This document shows, in pieces, positions 1-12,557 of a stretch of 64,000 bases of DNA (position 1 is its first letter; each line of letters begins with the position of its first letter). Source of the stretch: Lepidodermella squamata (taxonomy: Eukaryota > Animalia > Gastrotricha); assembly GCA_047495785.1 (NCBI GenBank), contig JBLDXI010000006.1, positions 124,001 through 188,000 of the forward strand. Reading direction: 5' to 3'. Both the position numbers and the translations under genes were made by a program. A model generated the notes under the pieces. The model worked only from the letters and a program-made list of their open reading frames with translations. It was not told the DNA's origin and made no database searches.

Positions 1-2323
1 GGTCAGACATCCTACCAGACTACGAACTGGAAATCGAAGACGGCGATGAGAAGGCGGCAGCTTCAGCTACAGTCCGAGTATGGATGGACTTCACGAATCG
101 CTTCATCAACAACTACGACGCTTTGGCCCAGAAAAACACTTATCAGTCGCCTGTTTCCATTGGAATGTGGGTGTCGAATGGATGCAAAGCTGTTGGCAGT
201 TTCATCCACCAATTTCAATCGGTCAACATCATGGAAACATGCTCAGCATGTAAGTCTTAAAATTCTGAAAATTCCTTCTTAAAAATGTTTGCTCAGATTT
301 CTTGACGGATAAAAAGCTTTACCCGAACATGTTCACAACAAACCAGCCAGTGAACCCGAAATTTTTCGGTATCGTTCGACTTCTCAAGGAAGTATATGGG
401 ATCAAAAAGGCGATAACTTATAGCGGGAGTATCAACGATTTCGCAGCGATTTTGAGCTTCCATCAAATCGCTACTGAGCAAGGAATTGATGTTGTTTGGC
501 TTGATTCTGTCATTCAGTTGGATCAAGAGCGAGCTATGACTCTGAAGAAGAGTGATGCTCGCTTTATCGTAGCGATCTTAACTGCCCTAACCGATACCGT
601 TGATTTCTTCTGCCAGGCCTACAGGGTCGGAATTCGGGGTCCGCGTTACACTTTTGTAATCACGGACTCTTCACTGCCTGTTCCTAGTATCTACGCGGAG
701 GCGGCTATTCCTAGGAACTGCAATCGCACTGTTTTGTATGAACAAACCGCACAGACCTTCGAAATTGCAGCCGGATTCAATATCAATCTCGAAAATGAAG
801 TGCCTTGTGAGTTTGGCTACACTCAGACACAATTCGACGTTATGTTTAATCAGATGAAAAACGGAACTCCGCCTGCGATCGACTACGACAGACGCTACCT
901 ATGCCACGACGTAGCAATGCATGCGATTTTGATTCTGAACAAAACTGAAAACACGTTGAAAGCGAGTGGGAGTAATTTGACCCTGAAAGACTTCGTAACC
1001 CATCGACAATCCGTTGGCGCGGTGATTAAACAAGAAGCTGATCGGATTGATTATCGATCTTTGCATACTGCCCGGACGAAATACGACGCTGAGGGGCAAC
1101 TTTTCAGCAGAGATACGTTTCTGCTGAAATGGTTCCCGGGCGAAGGTTATCGAAATGTCTTCGCGATCCAACGTCTAGACACCCCGCTAACTTGGTCGTA
1201 TGAAAGCTACAAAGTTCGCCAGATCGGGAACCCGAATTGGGGAACAAAAGACGGATTGGCGCCCCATGATAGGGCTTACATTAGCCTGACATTGCAACCG
1301 TCTCAATCCACGCTAGTCGCAGTGATTATATTCGCGGGGTTAATCTCGGCGTTTCAAGTATTCGGAATGTTGATTTTCGCGATCACTCGAAGGAATTTAG
1401 GATCTTCACTATTGATTGTAAAGAGCCTTGGGTTATTGGGGTGTCTAATGTTGAACGCCTCCGCAATCGCTCATACTTGGCCTACGGAGATCAGTTTTGC
1501 CCTAGAGTTGGAAATCGTAAGACTTAGCTTGGTAATAGGAGGCCTGTCTCTTCTTAATGGCGTTGCCGCTACAACGCCTTACTCCATGCTGAGAAACGGC
1601 GTCCTAATGCTTCAGCAAAAGGGTAACAATTCAAGCAGTAGCTCAATGTCACGGAAGGCTAAGATTTTCGCTATTGTCCAGAATCGGGCTTATAAGTATC
1701 TAATAGCCTTCGTGGCACTGAACGCCCACATTTTGATAGTTTGGCTCATTGCCAAGGATGGTTTACATTGCAGTATTTCAATGCCCGATCAGCCGATTGT
1801 TGACGATGAAAATGATGTAATGATCAGTCAGTACCTTGTAGCTTGTATCTCAACACTGCATCACCGTTCTTGGATTATGGCTCTAGGAGCTTTTCACATT
1901 CTGATTTTGAGCACTGGCTGTTTGTACGCGTTCAGACTACGACAGGTCAAGGAACTTGATGTCACCCTTGCAGCGCTAATGGTCATCAATGCGAATGTCA
2001 TGATGATCGCTTCCTATTTTATCCTGATTATTCTAGACGGCAATGCGATTGCGCAACGCATTGCCACTGCTGGATTGTCACTGGTGGTTTCGGCAACCTG
2101 CAGCGCAACTATGATGTTTCCGTGCGTTGAAATGATGAAGAAATCGTCTGGGGTTATCGTCGATGTTGTACGCTCAGGCAGTCGGTTGAATGCATTGAAA
2201 TCGAGGCCAAATCGATCGCGAGCGGTTTTCTCACCGAGTCTTGGTTCGAAACTGGGCGATACAAACCTGGCCTCAACCTCGTCACTTGTTACACCGTTTC
2301 AGAACGATCAGAACGACTTTTAG
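1..2323 (+). CDS. GABA-B-like class C GPCR (Venus flytrap + 7TM), 5' end outside window; exons <1-249, 297-2323
   Basis: Exon 1 reads SDILPDYELEIEDGDE..., the typical class C N-terminus. A 47-nt GT-AG intron (250-296) joins it in frame to 'YFLTDKKLYPNMF'. It has an 'LKKSDARFIV...FCQAYRVGIRGPRYTF' VFT motif and seven hydrophobic segments ending 'MFP'. Confidence 0.85.
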
Positions 2324-3046
2324 TGCCGCCCGGATCCACCGATTGTGAGAGGGAAGTAGGTGCGATAAAATCTATCGGTGTTCCCATTCCTAGTATAATA
2401 GGAATTCAAGAACTGTCCTAAATTTTAATTGTTATTCAAGTACTGTTGTTTCTTTATAAGTCTATCATCGATTCCATCGCTTTGTTATTGCAAGCTAGAA
2501 AAACAAATGTGACTCGTGAATAAATCATTAAGCTGCAAAGGATTCTATCATTCATTTTTTGCGTCATACAGATATATTACAAGGCGTCTAAATATTTGCA
2601 CCGCTAAAATTCATCATAGACGTACGTAGGGTCCATTACATTTCTTCGACGAATTTAATGAGCAAAAAGTGTGAATATTCTCACTTCTATAGCAAAACAC
2701 CAGCAAGCTTGACTTTGCTCCTCATTAAAAAATCACGCCTGGTTTTCTTATATGCAAGCCTACTGGTATCTTGCCCAAGATTGAGGTTCAATCACTGAAA
2801 TTTCTCAATTGTACAGAATTCAGCCTTCCTCCTTTCTTTATCAATAATTACACTATGAACTATGACCCAATTTTAATACTTTGGCATTGCTGAATGCTGA
2901 ATGCTGAATTCGCAAAATTCACTGATTGTAGAATCGATATCGTCTATACAAGCCGAAGTAAGCTCTAAAGCAGACGTTAAGCCTGAAAAGACCAGGGGTT
3001 ATTTAGTGCTAGAGCCTCTGCTAGAGACCTGCTAAGTACAATTACA

Positions 3047-3748
3047 ATGAACGATATTTCAATCACCCTGCAAAAGGTTTAGTGAACTTTTTCGACAATT
3101 TTTTCTCAAACATTTAAGGAATTTCAGGAATTCTTCTCAGCCTGTCTAACTGGTGATTTTTCGGCCATCAAAGCGTTGATCAACAGATCCAGTGACATCG
3201 ACCCTCTCGCACTCATCAATACGAGATGCGAAGTTGAAAAGCATGGCGGTATGATTTCAACTCATCGCGTTCGCGATGGCGAAACTTGCCTACATTTCTG
3301 CTGCATGGGCGGCCACGACTCGATTCTCGAATTCATCCTATCAGAAAAGCTGAAGCTCGAACAGCTGAAAAATGGCTTAAAGAAGCAACACGCTATCGAG
3401 GGTTTAAGCACCTTCGTAAACCAAGGCAGCGATCTTCGATTCGAAACAGCGCTTCACAAAGCCGCCGATCTCGCTCGGCTCAACTGTGTCAAAGTTCTAT
3501 GCGAATTTCAGCCATTACATGGATTTTGTTTAGCAGACGTAAATTTGGCGAATTCCAACTTCGAAACTCCGCTAGTGAAAGCTGCCGGATCTTGGAATGG
3601 CGACCTGGCTGAAATTGCCGATTTTCTCATTTCAAAAGGGGCGCAAATTGACCTTAAAGATGGAAAAGGTCGCACTGCCTTGGATAGAGCCATTTTCAAT
3701 AAAAAGACACAAACTATCGAAATGTTGAGCAAATATTCGAATAGTTAG
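3047..3748 (+). CDS. Ankyrin-repeat protein; exons 3047-3076, 3128-3748
   Basis: Contains GETCLHFCC, ETALHKAA, ETPLVKAA and GRTALDRA ankyrin motifs. The upstream ATG exon splices in frame via intron 3077-3127. Confidence 0.85.
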
Positions 3749-3871
3749 TCTAAAATTATAAATTTTATTAAAATGAATAAAATTTGTTTGACTATTTGAA
3801 CCAAAGCTTAAAGCAAGAATCACAGTTTTAAGGGTGATAAAATTGTGTAAATAATGTTGCGAATTCCTCAA

Positions 3872-4384
3872 TCAATACGGGCACCAGTCGAAGTCGAAGT
3901 CCTGATTTGTGTCAAAAAGTGTCAACTCGAATTCGCATTGGCCGTTTAGCGCTTCAAACATGGAATCAGCTTTCGATTTCTCGCGGGTTCGAAATGTGAA
4001 CAGCTCTTTTTGCGACCCAATTTTGTTTATCGAGCTCGGTAGATCCGGGAAGTTCGCCTGTTTTGTATGCAGCTCGTAGTATAGGACCTGCTCGTCGAAA
4101 ATGGCCGGGTAGCTGTCAGGTCGTGATCGCAGTTCAACTTTGACCCGTAAACATGGGAATGTGAATGCTGGGACTAGTGATAGCGCGATTTCTTTCGCTA
4201 CTTCAAAGTCGGTTGTAGTCACAATTCGTTTGAACATGTACTCGTCATGTCGCTGTGGGTCCTTGTGGTAATTAATTATAACTGGTTTCACGTTGTTCAA
4301 CTCGCATTGCTGGCAGAATTTAGCCTCCTCGTCCTCTTGGACTTGGTAGGTATTATGAATCTCAAATAGCAATGTTTTCGCCAT
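3872..4384 (-). CDS. Intronless 170-aa hypothetical protein with duplicated E-x-H strands (FEIHNT / YYELHTK) and C-terminal 'FDTNQDFDFDW'
   Basis: Clean ATG-to-stop ORF with a TATA-like run at about 4441-4450 upstream. From memory, the motif pattern (FEIH..KP..RVKVE..YYELH.K..F.T.R..E..FDTN..D..W) resembles an uncharacterised bacterial/giant-virus/protist family. Confidence 0.7.
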   Translation of the reverse strand: MAKTLLFEIHNTYQVQEDEEAKFCQQCELNNVKPVIINYHKDPQRHDEYMFKRIVTTTDFEVAKEIALSLVPAFTFPCLRVKVELRSRPDSYPAIFDEQVLYYELHTKQANFPDLPSSINKIGSQKELFTFRTREKSKADSMFEALNGQCEFELTLFDTNQDFDFDWCPY

Positions 4385-4878
4385 TTCTCGCCAAAAAATG
4401 AGACAAGGAAAATATTGTTTTGGAGCGTTATAACCTCAGCTTATATATATTGCCTTTCGAAGGTGAAATTTGCCTTAATATTGCATCAGTTCTGGTATAT
4501 CTTCATGCGCGTGACTCACGCATTTACACGTATGAAAATCGATGACTCATCGCACACTTCTAGAATATTACTGTGCGCGTAATAAAACCCGCTAATCCAC
4601 CTTTTTCATTTGATGTCGCGCGCACTTTTATGTAATAAAAATGCGTGCGTTTGACAAATGAAAACTACGCATTAAGGAATTCATTTCCTATAAATATTGA
4701 TTTTAAGTTTAAATGAAACAACAACGTATTTATTTACTTCGGCTCTAATCAGCCGGATGATTAAAATTCGCACGTAAGAGACGGGAAAAAATATGTGAAT
4801 TATGGCGTACAAGTTCGACGGATTTTTCAGTACTCTGTTCCGCATTCTTCGATAATCATCGGGCTTATTGTAGTCGAA

Positions 4879-5407
4879 TTATCGGCTTTTCAGATGTTGC
4901 GCCATTTGCTGCTCGATGGACATGGTGACGCGGTCGAACGTTGAATCTTCAGTGTAATCGACGAACGGCCGGCTGCCGATGACAAAGCCGAGCCAGCCCT
5001 GCGTCTGCACGTCCTTTTGCATGCGCAGCGGGATGATAAGCTTATTCGCCTGCTTATTCGCGTACTCGGCTTCATTCTGGCATTTTTTCGTATTTTTAAA
5101 CTCGTCACTGACGCACAAGATGATGGCGTCAGACGTATCCATGCCCTATTTTAATTAAAATAAAATAATTAGAAAATAAAAATAAAATAAAAAATCCGCC
5201 TTAAAAGAATTTAATTTAGATTTTCTCATTTTTTGAGAAATTGAAAAAATGAACCTGTTTGGCGATTTCATCCTGCATCGATGAGGTCATTTGGCTCGTG
5301 TCCATCCATACGGTGAAATTTTGCTCCTTCAGGTAATCGGCGAGGCGTTTGATCGCCTCTTTTCGCCTCAGTGGCGAATAGCTGATGTAAATGTTGCCCT
5401 TCGACAT
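4879..5407 (-). CDS. TIR-only protein (TIR_2/SARM-like type), ~139 aa; exons 5407-5255, 5145-4879
   Basis: Motifs 'IYISYS', 'FTVWMD', 'AIILCVSDEF', 'CQNEAEYA', 'IIPLRMQ' and 'GWLGFVIGSRPFVDY'. A phase-0 GT-AG intron (5254-5146) joins the two ORFs. Confidence 0.9.
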
Positions 5408-5799
5408 AAAATGTTAATTAACGTGAAAAAACCTGGTTTCAACCAGCAGAAAATGATGTTGATTTGCCGCACCCCTTTTTGCGGCTTCCAGGCAACTTAT
5501 TGAAGGTAATTTAATTGACAGAGCGCCAAAAAAACACTCTGCGAGAAATCAATTAACATTCACTTTATTTTATTCTCAGTTTTTTTTATAATAATATATA
5601 ACATAGAAAGAGGATTGCCATTAATTAAACTGATAATTCCAGAAGCAAAAAAAAAACAATCGCGTGAATTGACCAGAAAAGTGGACTAAGGTGCGTCATA
5701 AATAGGGCGATTTTGTATTCAGATAATAAGGAAAGAAAGTCTAATAAATATACCAGAGCATAAATCGAGTTGCTTTTGCGGGCGATGACTGGTTAAATT

Positions 5800-6758
5800 C
5801 TAGTCGCTGTCATCCTCATCATTCATGGCCTCATCCTCCGCATTTCGAGATCCTGTCATACGAGAATTTTTAGAGGAAGCATTAGACGAAGCAGCGATGG
5901 ACAAATGCCCGGGTATTTTCATTAAAACTTTAGAATACGCGTCAAAATTGGGCGTTACATTTTTCTGGTTGAAGTACTGCTTGATAGTTTTCACGTCGTC
6001 GTACCGCATAGGATAGTCTTGGTACTTCTCGTAAAATTCAGGCTGTAAAAAAATAAAGTTTTGAATTAAAATTCGAAATCTTAGAATTTTTTTTAATTTT
6101 TGGGACATTTCATAAATTAATTTCGAATTAAAAAAAATCATTTTGAAAATAGGAAATTTTGAATTATATGATAAAAATTGACACGGGTGATATGCAATTC
6201 GTCAGTAATAAAACCGACCTTGAGTGATTCCTGAAATTCGCCAAGTTGCCGAACAAATCCAGAATTAGGACCAGCCTCAGGTCGAATAAATTGAACAGCG
6301 CTTAGGCACTGCTGCCACGGCATTTTCGTCACGGTCATTAAATATGCGAGAATTATTGAAACACTTCGTGAAATTCCCATTCCACTGGAAAAATTTGAAT
6401 ATGCATAATTTTATACAATTTCGGAAGGAATTTACCAATGAACGAGAACTCCGGTTCGTTGGAGCCTTGCATGGTGTATGAACTCGATCGCTCGTTTGAA
6501 ATATTTGGAAATATTCACCCATGGATAGTCCTTAATATCAATAATGTGATATTTTATGTGCTGGAAAAATTGAAAATTTTAAATTAAATTTTTGAAAATT
6601 TTTAATTTGTTTACGCTGTATTTTTTCTTGGCGCCATCGATGACACTGACAATGTGAGTGATGCCTTCTTCCTCGAGCAGCGCTTTGTCCAGCGAATTAT
6701 CCAAATCGCCGAGGTACAAATATTCAAGGACCTTGGTCAAATTATTGACTTCATCCAT
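5800..6758 (-). CDS. Atypical dual-specificity protein phosphatase (DUSP22/15-like); exons 6758-6615, 6560-6436, 6384-6219, 6042-5800
   Basis: The spliced product has 'LYLGD', 'GITHIVSV', the catalytic HCGMGISRS (split by an intron) and 'AYLM...IRP...PNSGFVRQL'. All intron phases are consistent. Confidence 0.9.
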
Positions 6759-7586
6759 ATTGCTCGCAATAAATTACTTATGCTGCTGGGTCAAAAATAA
6801 AATAATGCAAAATGGATAATAAGTTGAAGGAGGCAAATACGCGGAGATGAGCGAGCGGCAGGCGGGCGTCTGCGAAGGATAATTTCGATGCCGCATGTCA
6901 CTAATATATAACAAGAACTCGGGCGTAGTAAACTTGCTTTTGTCTCGGTGCAGCGAACGCGCGTATTTTGAGCTAAATAAGCGCCCAACAAATTAGAGAT
7001 TATTTCTTCAATTTACCGATTTACCTTTGTGCGTAAATTTCGCCTGTCAACCGAAACAGGGTGGCTGGTTATTTTTCCGAATTTTCATAAAAATATTTCA
7101 ATCTTTTTTAATAATTTTCAATAAATTCAAACTTTCAAGATTCAAATGCCCCAATTATTTTGAGAAAATTTCTCGGAATAATCTTGAAATTCCAATTTTT
7201 GGGAAAATTATTTATCGATGATTCATTTCAATATCAAATGATAGCGGATGAGACAGTGACGACTCTTCGAGCCAACTAACGTCATGAAATGTACCCGACC
7301 TTGCGTCAAATTGACTGAAAAACAAATCACTGTTTATCACACCCTTAATTGCAAAACCGACTCATTTGCATTCGACAATAATATTATTTTTTGTCTCATT
7401 AATAGGTCTATTGGGGGTCATAAAAAAGTGCGCGTTTTTTTCACTCCTTAGCGTGACTGTGACTTGTTTCCGCTCATCGTCATGGCGATGAAAATCAATA
7501 ATAAAACAGCCATACGCATTAAATTAGTCATAATTCATAACCGGCTAATATTTTGACCAATATTTTTGTCTATAACAACAAATAAA

Positions 7587-8765
7587 ATGTTTGACAGATT
7601 TTTTAGCCGAGTTTCGTTGAAGTTTGTATTCTGGCAAATTTTCTTACTCATCTGCCTGAGTTCGCGGCTGATAAATGCTGGCCGTCTCGTGAAACGGGCC
7701 GAGAGTTACCTTACCTTGCGGCGCCACCGCGATTTGAACACGCAATTTTTGACGCGAATCATGTCGAAATGTTCGAATGATGACGTGTGCAATCGTGCGC
7801 TGACAGACGATTTTTTCGTGTGCGACCGCGTTGAGGGCGTGTGCCGGCACAACCCGGAGAAGGAGTTCGATTTCTGGCTGGCCCTGAATGAAATGCACGC
7901 CCGCCGCTTAGAGGACGAATGGGCTAAATTAACCGTAAGTTCAACTTCCGCATTCTTGTAATTTTCCAAAATTTTCGCAAAATATTTCAAATTTAATACT
8001 CCATTTTAATCGAGGGTCTAGGCTAAATTTTTCGATATTTCCGATTTCCCTAACCATTGAATTTTATTTTGCCAACGTCTTACCATCTTCGAAGCTCTGT
8101 TATTTTATCTTTCAATACTGAGGACTTCGCGAAAATCAGTGATTTGCAAAATCGATATCGGAAAAATCACAATTGAGGAAACGGCATTGTTGGAACCTTA
8201 GAATCTACAACAATCTTGTTGACGTTTTCTTAATTCAAATTTAAATTTAAAATTAAAATTGCTCTACAGCAACCTCATTGCAGCTCATTCGTTCTGTTCC
8301 ATTAATCTGACGCTATTTCTCGATTTTGTAGGAGGAATGTCAAAGATCGTAAGATTTGTCTAGTCACCTTAAAAGGGGCATTTCGAACGCCTTTGTGAGA
8401 ATAAATTACCGAAATATACTCCGAAATAACACCCCAAAAATGTCTCAAAAATTATATTTTATTCCTATCAAAATGGGCCAATATTGACCTTGGACCTTGG
8501 AATCTTGGGACTCGAATAAAACTTGAATGTTCGAAATATTTAAGGCTTTCCTCTCACGTTTGTCTTGCTATTACAGGCTTCGCAGAAAATAGCAAGTCGT
8601 TTGTATTCAGTCTGCGACTCTGCCAACGACTGCAACCGAAAACTGGGCGGCGAGCACTTTTTCGACTGCCGCCTGAAGCAGTACAACAGCGGCCGCAAGT
8701 GGTGCGTACCGGCCGAGAGCAGGATGGACGACATTCTAGCCGCATTCGCCAACAAAAAGAACTGA
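7587..8765 (+). CDS. Secreted precursor with two related 4-Cys motifs; exons 7587-7934, 8577-8765
   Basis: Hydrophobic N-terminus, KR/RR dibasic sites and a phase-0 intron (7935-8576). Two C-x5-CNR-x-L-x(3,4)-FF-x-C-xn-C units. Confidence 0.65.
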
Positions 8766-9064
8766 TGACACCTGTTTTTTTCGTCACGCTAAAAATAATA
8801 TAATATTCTAGAATTTATCAATTTTTTCCTCATTTTTAAAGCTTTCACGATCGAACTGGAAAATAATCACAATAAAAAAAATTCACAATTTTATTAACAA
8901 AAATGTTGGCAACATAAAATACAGAGTATCTCTTAGCGGAACTAAATTTCAAATCATAAATTTAGATTTTTTTCAATTAATTAAAAAATTTGAAAAATTC
9001 GAATTAATTTATTTCAATTCAGTTTGAAATTTGGTTCCACTAAAATTAGTTTCCGCTCAAGTTT

Positions 9065-11041
9065 TTACGGTTCAATGAATCTGAAGGCGAATTTTCCGTT
9101 TTCAGTGTAGGCAGTCGACGGCCGAAATTCGCGAGAAATTCTAGCGTACAGCGCTGGTTCGCGGTAATCAACCGCCCCGCCGTCGCTTAAATCAATCGGA
9201 AAATATCGATCACTACCAAGGGCTAGGCTCTTCTCATCTTCAAGGAAAACATAAGTCGGCGATGGCTTCTTGTCGCTTTTCCGACTAGCTTTCGTCATGA
9301 AAACAGGCTTGGTCGGTATTGTTAGTAGCTCGGCCGAAGTTGCGTAAGTGTCGTAGAAAAACCCGAGAAAGTCGCCCTTTTTAACAGGAAACGGCTCCGG
9401 CACGTCGAGTTCGTACCACAAGTTGCTTTTCAGCTTCATTTTCGACGACTGCATAACTTTATTATTGACGTAGATGAACGACTGAGCGGGCGAGTGCGGC
9501 AGATCAGCCTCGCCGTTAACGTCCTGGAACGAGGCGGCGATTAGTTTAGTTGTATTAACGACTAGAAACGTCGTTTCGCTTGATTTGAGCCGGCGGAACA
9601 CGCCCAGGTGCAGGTTGTAGATGTAGCCGTTCGTGTTGATGAAGCCCCACGTGTGCAGGTAGCCGTTGCATGGAATTTCGGTTGAGCTGAAAATTTGCAG
9701 AGCGCTGCTTACGCTGGTAAAGTAATTGCTGAGAAATGGCCGGTAAGGCGTTGTAAATTCCTTGCTCGCTTTGCAGAATCCGGATTTTCGAACTTTTGAA
9801 AGAAAAATGTACAATTAAAATGAGAATGAAATGGAAAACAGGTAAGAAATACAAATACTACAACGTAAAAAGGGCGATTTTTCCAGAAATCTGAAAATTC
9901 TACAACATAGACATCTCAAGGAACTAACATGAGGAATTACGACGAAATATTAGATGCGGAAAATATTGCTCATTAGCAGTTTGATATAGCCAGTGGTATT
10001 AAATCGGTTCCACGGTTAGCCGAACCTAATTTCCAATATTTCATGAGCTCAAAAATCGGTGTGAATAACGAGTAAATTCTGAATAATAAAGCGTTGCGAA
10101 GAGCTTGAATTTTCGAATTTTTTGAAATTTTGAAATTGATCGAAAAATGCACTCCGGCAAATTTCAATGCCGGATTCCCCTTAAATATATTCTGGGGTTT
10201 GGGGTTACTACATGAATAGAGAGAATTTGTTCCCAAAACAAAAAGAGGCAAATTTAAGAAAAATAGAATTCTCTCTCGAGCTTCTTCGATTTTTCAAGTA
10301 AATTTCTTCATTTTAATGGTTTTTGCAGGTTGCCTAAAAGTTCTCGCCTGTATTAATCGAAATTTATGGCAATTAATTGAAAGAATATAACGAAATTGCG
10401 GAATAATAGGAAATAGTAGGTACACCTTCAAGCTACAACCCATTGGAAATCGGAACTAAAGCAGTCACCAATTTCAGGGTCAAAGCAGTCCAGAAAAGTG
10501 AAGTTTCGAAATTTGGTTATAACCAAATTTAGTCAACTCAATTTAGTCAACTTAGTCAGTTTAGTTCAATTTAGTCCACTATCTGATACTATAGTATCAG
10601 ATAGTGGACTAAATTGCATCGTTTCATTTTTTCACGGGAAAATTGGGAACTAGACAAAATTATACAAATTAGGACAAAATTACAAAATTTTCTGGAATAA
10701 CTTTTTCGCAAAAAATTGAAGAATTAATCACATTTTGTGAAATTTTAGAGACCGGCTTGGGATTAGGACTAAATAAAAAATCGAATCTACTTGTTCTAAA
10801 TCTAGGACAGGAGCTAGGGATCCTATCTATAAAGCAGAATTGACGATATTTAATGGCTATAGGAACATCTTCGCTCCTAATTGCAAGCTTCAATTACAAC
10901 TTTCTGTTAGAACTGAACTAACAGTTTTGTGTAAGCAGAAATTGTTACAAACTTACGAAATTTAATGCTGTTCGCCAGCGTTATGTTAAGCGTTGCGATC
11001 AGAAGAAAGTAGAAAATGGCGAGATTATCACGGATTTTCAT
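9065..11041 (-). CDS. Secreted protein of unknown function; exons 11041-10957, 9792-9065
   Basis: The signal-peptide exon MKIRDNLAIFYFLLIATLNITLA has a gtaagt donor (phase 1) and splices in frame to the 249-aa ORF ('IPCNGYLHTWGF...LGVFRR...VKKGDFLGFFY', beta-rich). Confidence 0.6.
10567..10616. repeat. Perfect 50-bp palindrome preceded by degenerate ttagtc repeats
   Basis: caatttagtccactatctgatacta|tagtatcagatagtggactaaattg is self-complementary with no spacer. Confidence 0.9.
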
Positions 11042-11728
11042 CACACCGTCATCAAACCCAGATGATAATATACGAGTAAAACAAAATTAACCAGCGAAAT
11101 TTATTCAGCGGTTGTGGTCAAGAAAAAAAAACTCGAAACAACGCAATAAAAAGCGCGCGTTATTGCCGCGAAAATCGGCGATGTTGTGCGTTGTTGACGT
11201 TATGCGCAATTCGGCCGAATAGTTATTTTATTATAAAAGTATACCGCAGCATCATACTTACTCTGTATATTAGCGCTCATTAAGCAAACAGGCGACATCA
11301 CGACTAAACGAGCGGCGGCAAGTGCCAGCACACGTACGCTATAGTTTATTATAGCAACCAACAGCTACGGCCGGCCACTGCTACCTTCCCGGGCCAAAAT
11401 AAGCTTGAGAGAGAGAGGCCGGTTCCGCCGGCACACTTGACGCATAGTATACGTATGGTCACGCGGCGGCCGTTTTTGCGGGCGTTTAAAAATAACGTCG
11501 GTTGGGCACGTTTATTGACGTGTTTTCATTTCATACGTTTTTCACGCTGTTGTGTTATATATGGCGGTTGTAGTATTTTGACGGATGTGAACGAGCCTTT
11601 TTAGCGACTTGAAGACGCACTTCAATAAAAACGCCCGTTTCACACAAAAACATCCGGCTAAAACAGTCATAACAAAATTTACATTTTTTCATTGTCATTT
11701 TTCATAAATTTTAATAGTTGGAGAATTT

Positions 11729-12557
11729 CAGGGCTGCAAAACTTGCAGAAATGGCGCTTGGGATGCGCAGGAAATTTTCGAAATTTTGCGAAACTCATTT
11801 TAAAACGCTTGGAAACGTTTGGAGAATGCCAGGAAAAACTATAGGAAGCTGCCAAGGACACACGAGAAAAGCAAGGTGAATACTAGTTTAATACTTCAAA
11901 TAATCGATACCAATAGTCGATATATTCGAAAACCAATACTCGATAATTCACATTTTCAGAAGACCGACGCATGAAAACCGAGGTCACCAATGAATTCCTC
12001 GTGAAAAATTACCCTAGAACATGTCTCGCACTGCTAGAAAATTTGCAATTTTGAACAAGGTAATAAAAATTGCTTTATGGCACCTAATTACCGTAGTTAC
12101 CGAAATACAAGCATGGGCGGCACTACAAAGAACATCAAAGTGCCGACAAAGGGTTGCCGCCTAGGCTTCTATTTCGGTAACTACGGTATCTCCGCAACCG
12201 CGATAGATAACAAAATTCTGCAAAAGCCATTCGATTCCGCTTATGAAAATTAAGGGGTATCTAAGGGGATTTCGACATCAAATACGCCGATTTACCGCAA
12301 TGTTGTGATGTTTTTTAATTTCAAGGTTTCAAATTACCGTTGCCGACAAAGACCGGAAGCAAAAACTAACAGCACTACAATTGCAATTGGTGAAGTATAC
12401 GGAGCTCAAAATTTACGCCTATGGGTAATTCTATGCGGGGAATTCAACGGCGCTATCAGTTTTTTGATATTCCCGATCGACTTCGATTATCGGTGATATT
12501 GGGTATTTCATAGGAAATTAGGAAATGTTGAGTTTCTGCGCAGGTTTTGCAGCCCTG
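11729..12557. mobile_element. Non-autonomous hAT-type MITE, copy 1
   Basis: TIRs cagggctgcaaaac / gttttgcagccctg, with a perfect 8-bp TSD gagaattt (11721-11728, 12558-12565). Homologous to 40162-41183. Confidence 0.9.
12091..12186. mobile_element. 96-bp Tc1/mariner-pogo-type MITE nested in hAT MITE copy 1
   Basis: ~32-bp TIRs ccgtagttaccgaaata.../...tatttcggtaactacgg with TA duplication. Absent at the matching site of copy 2 (cacctaatta|tctcc). Confidence 0.85.
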
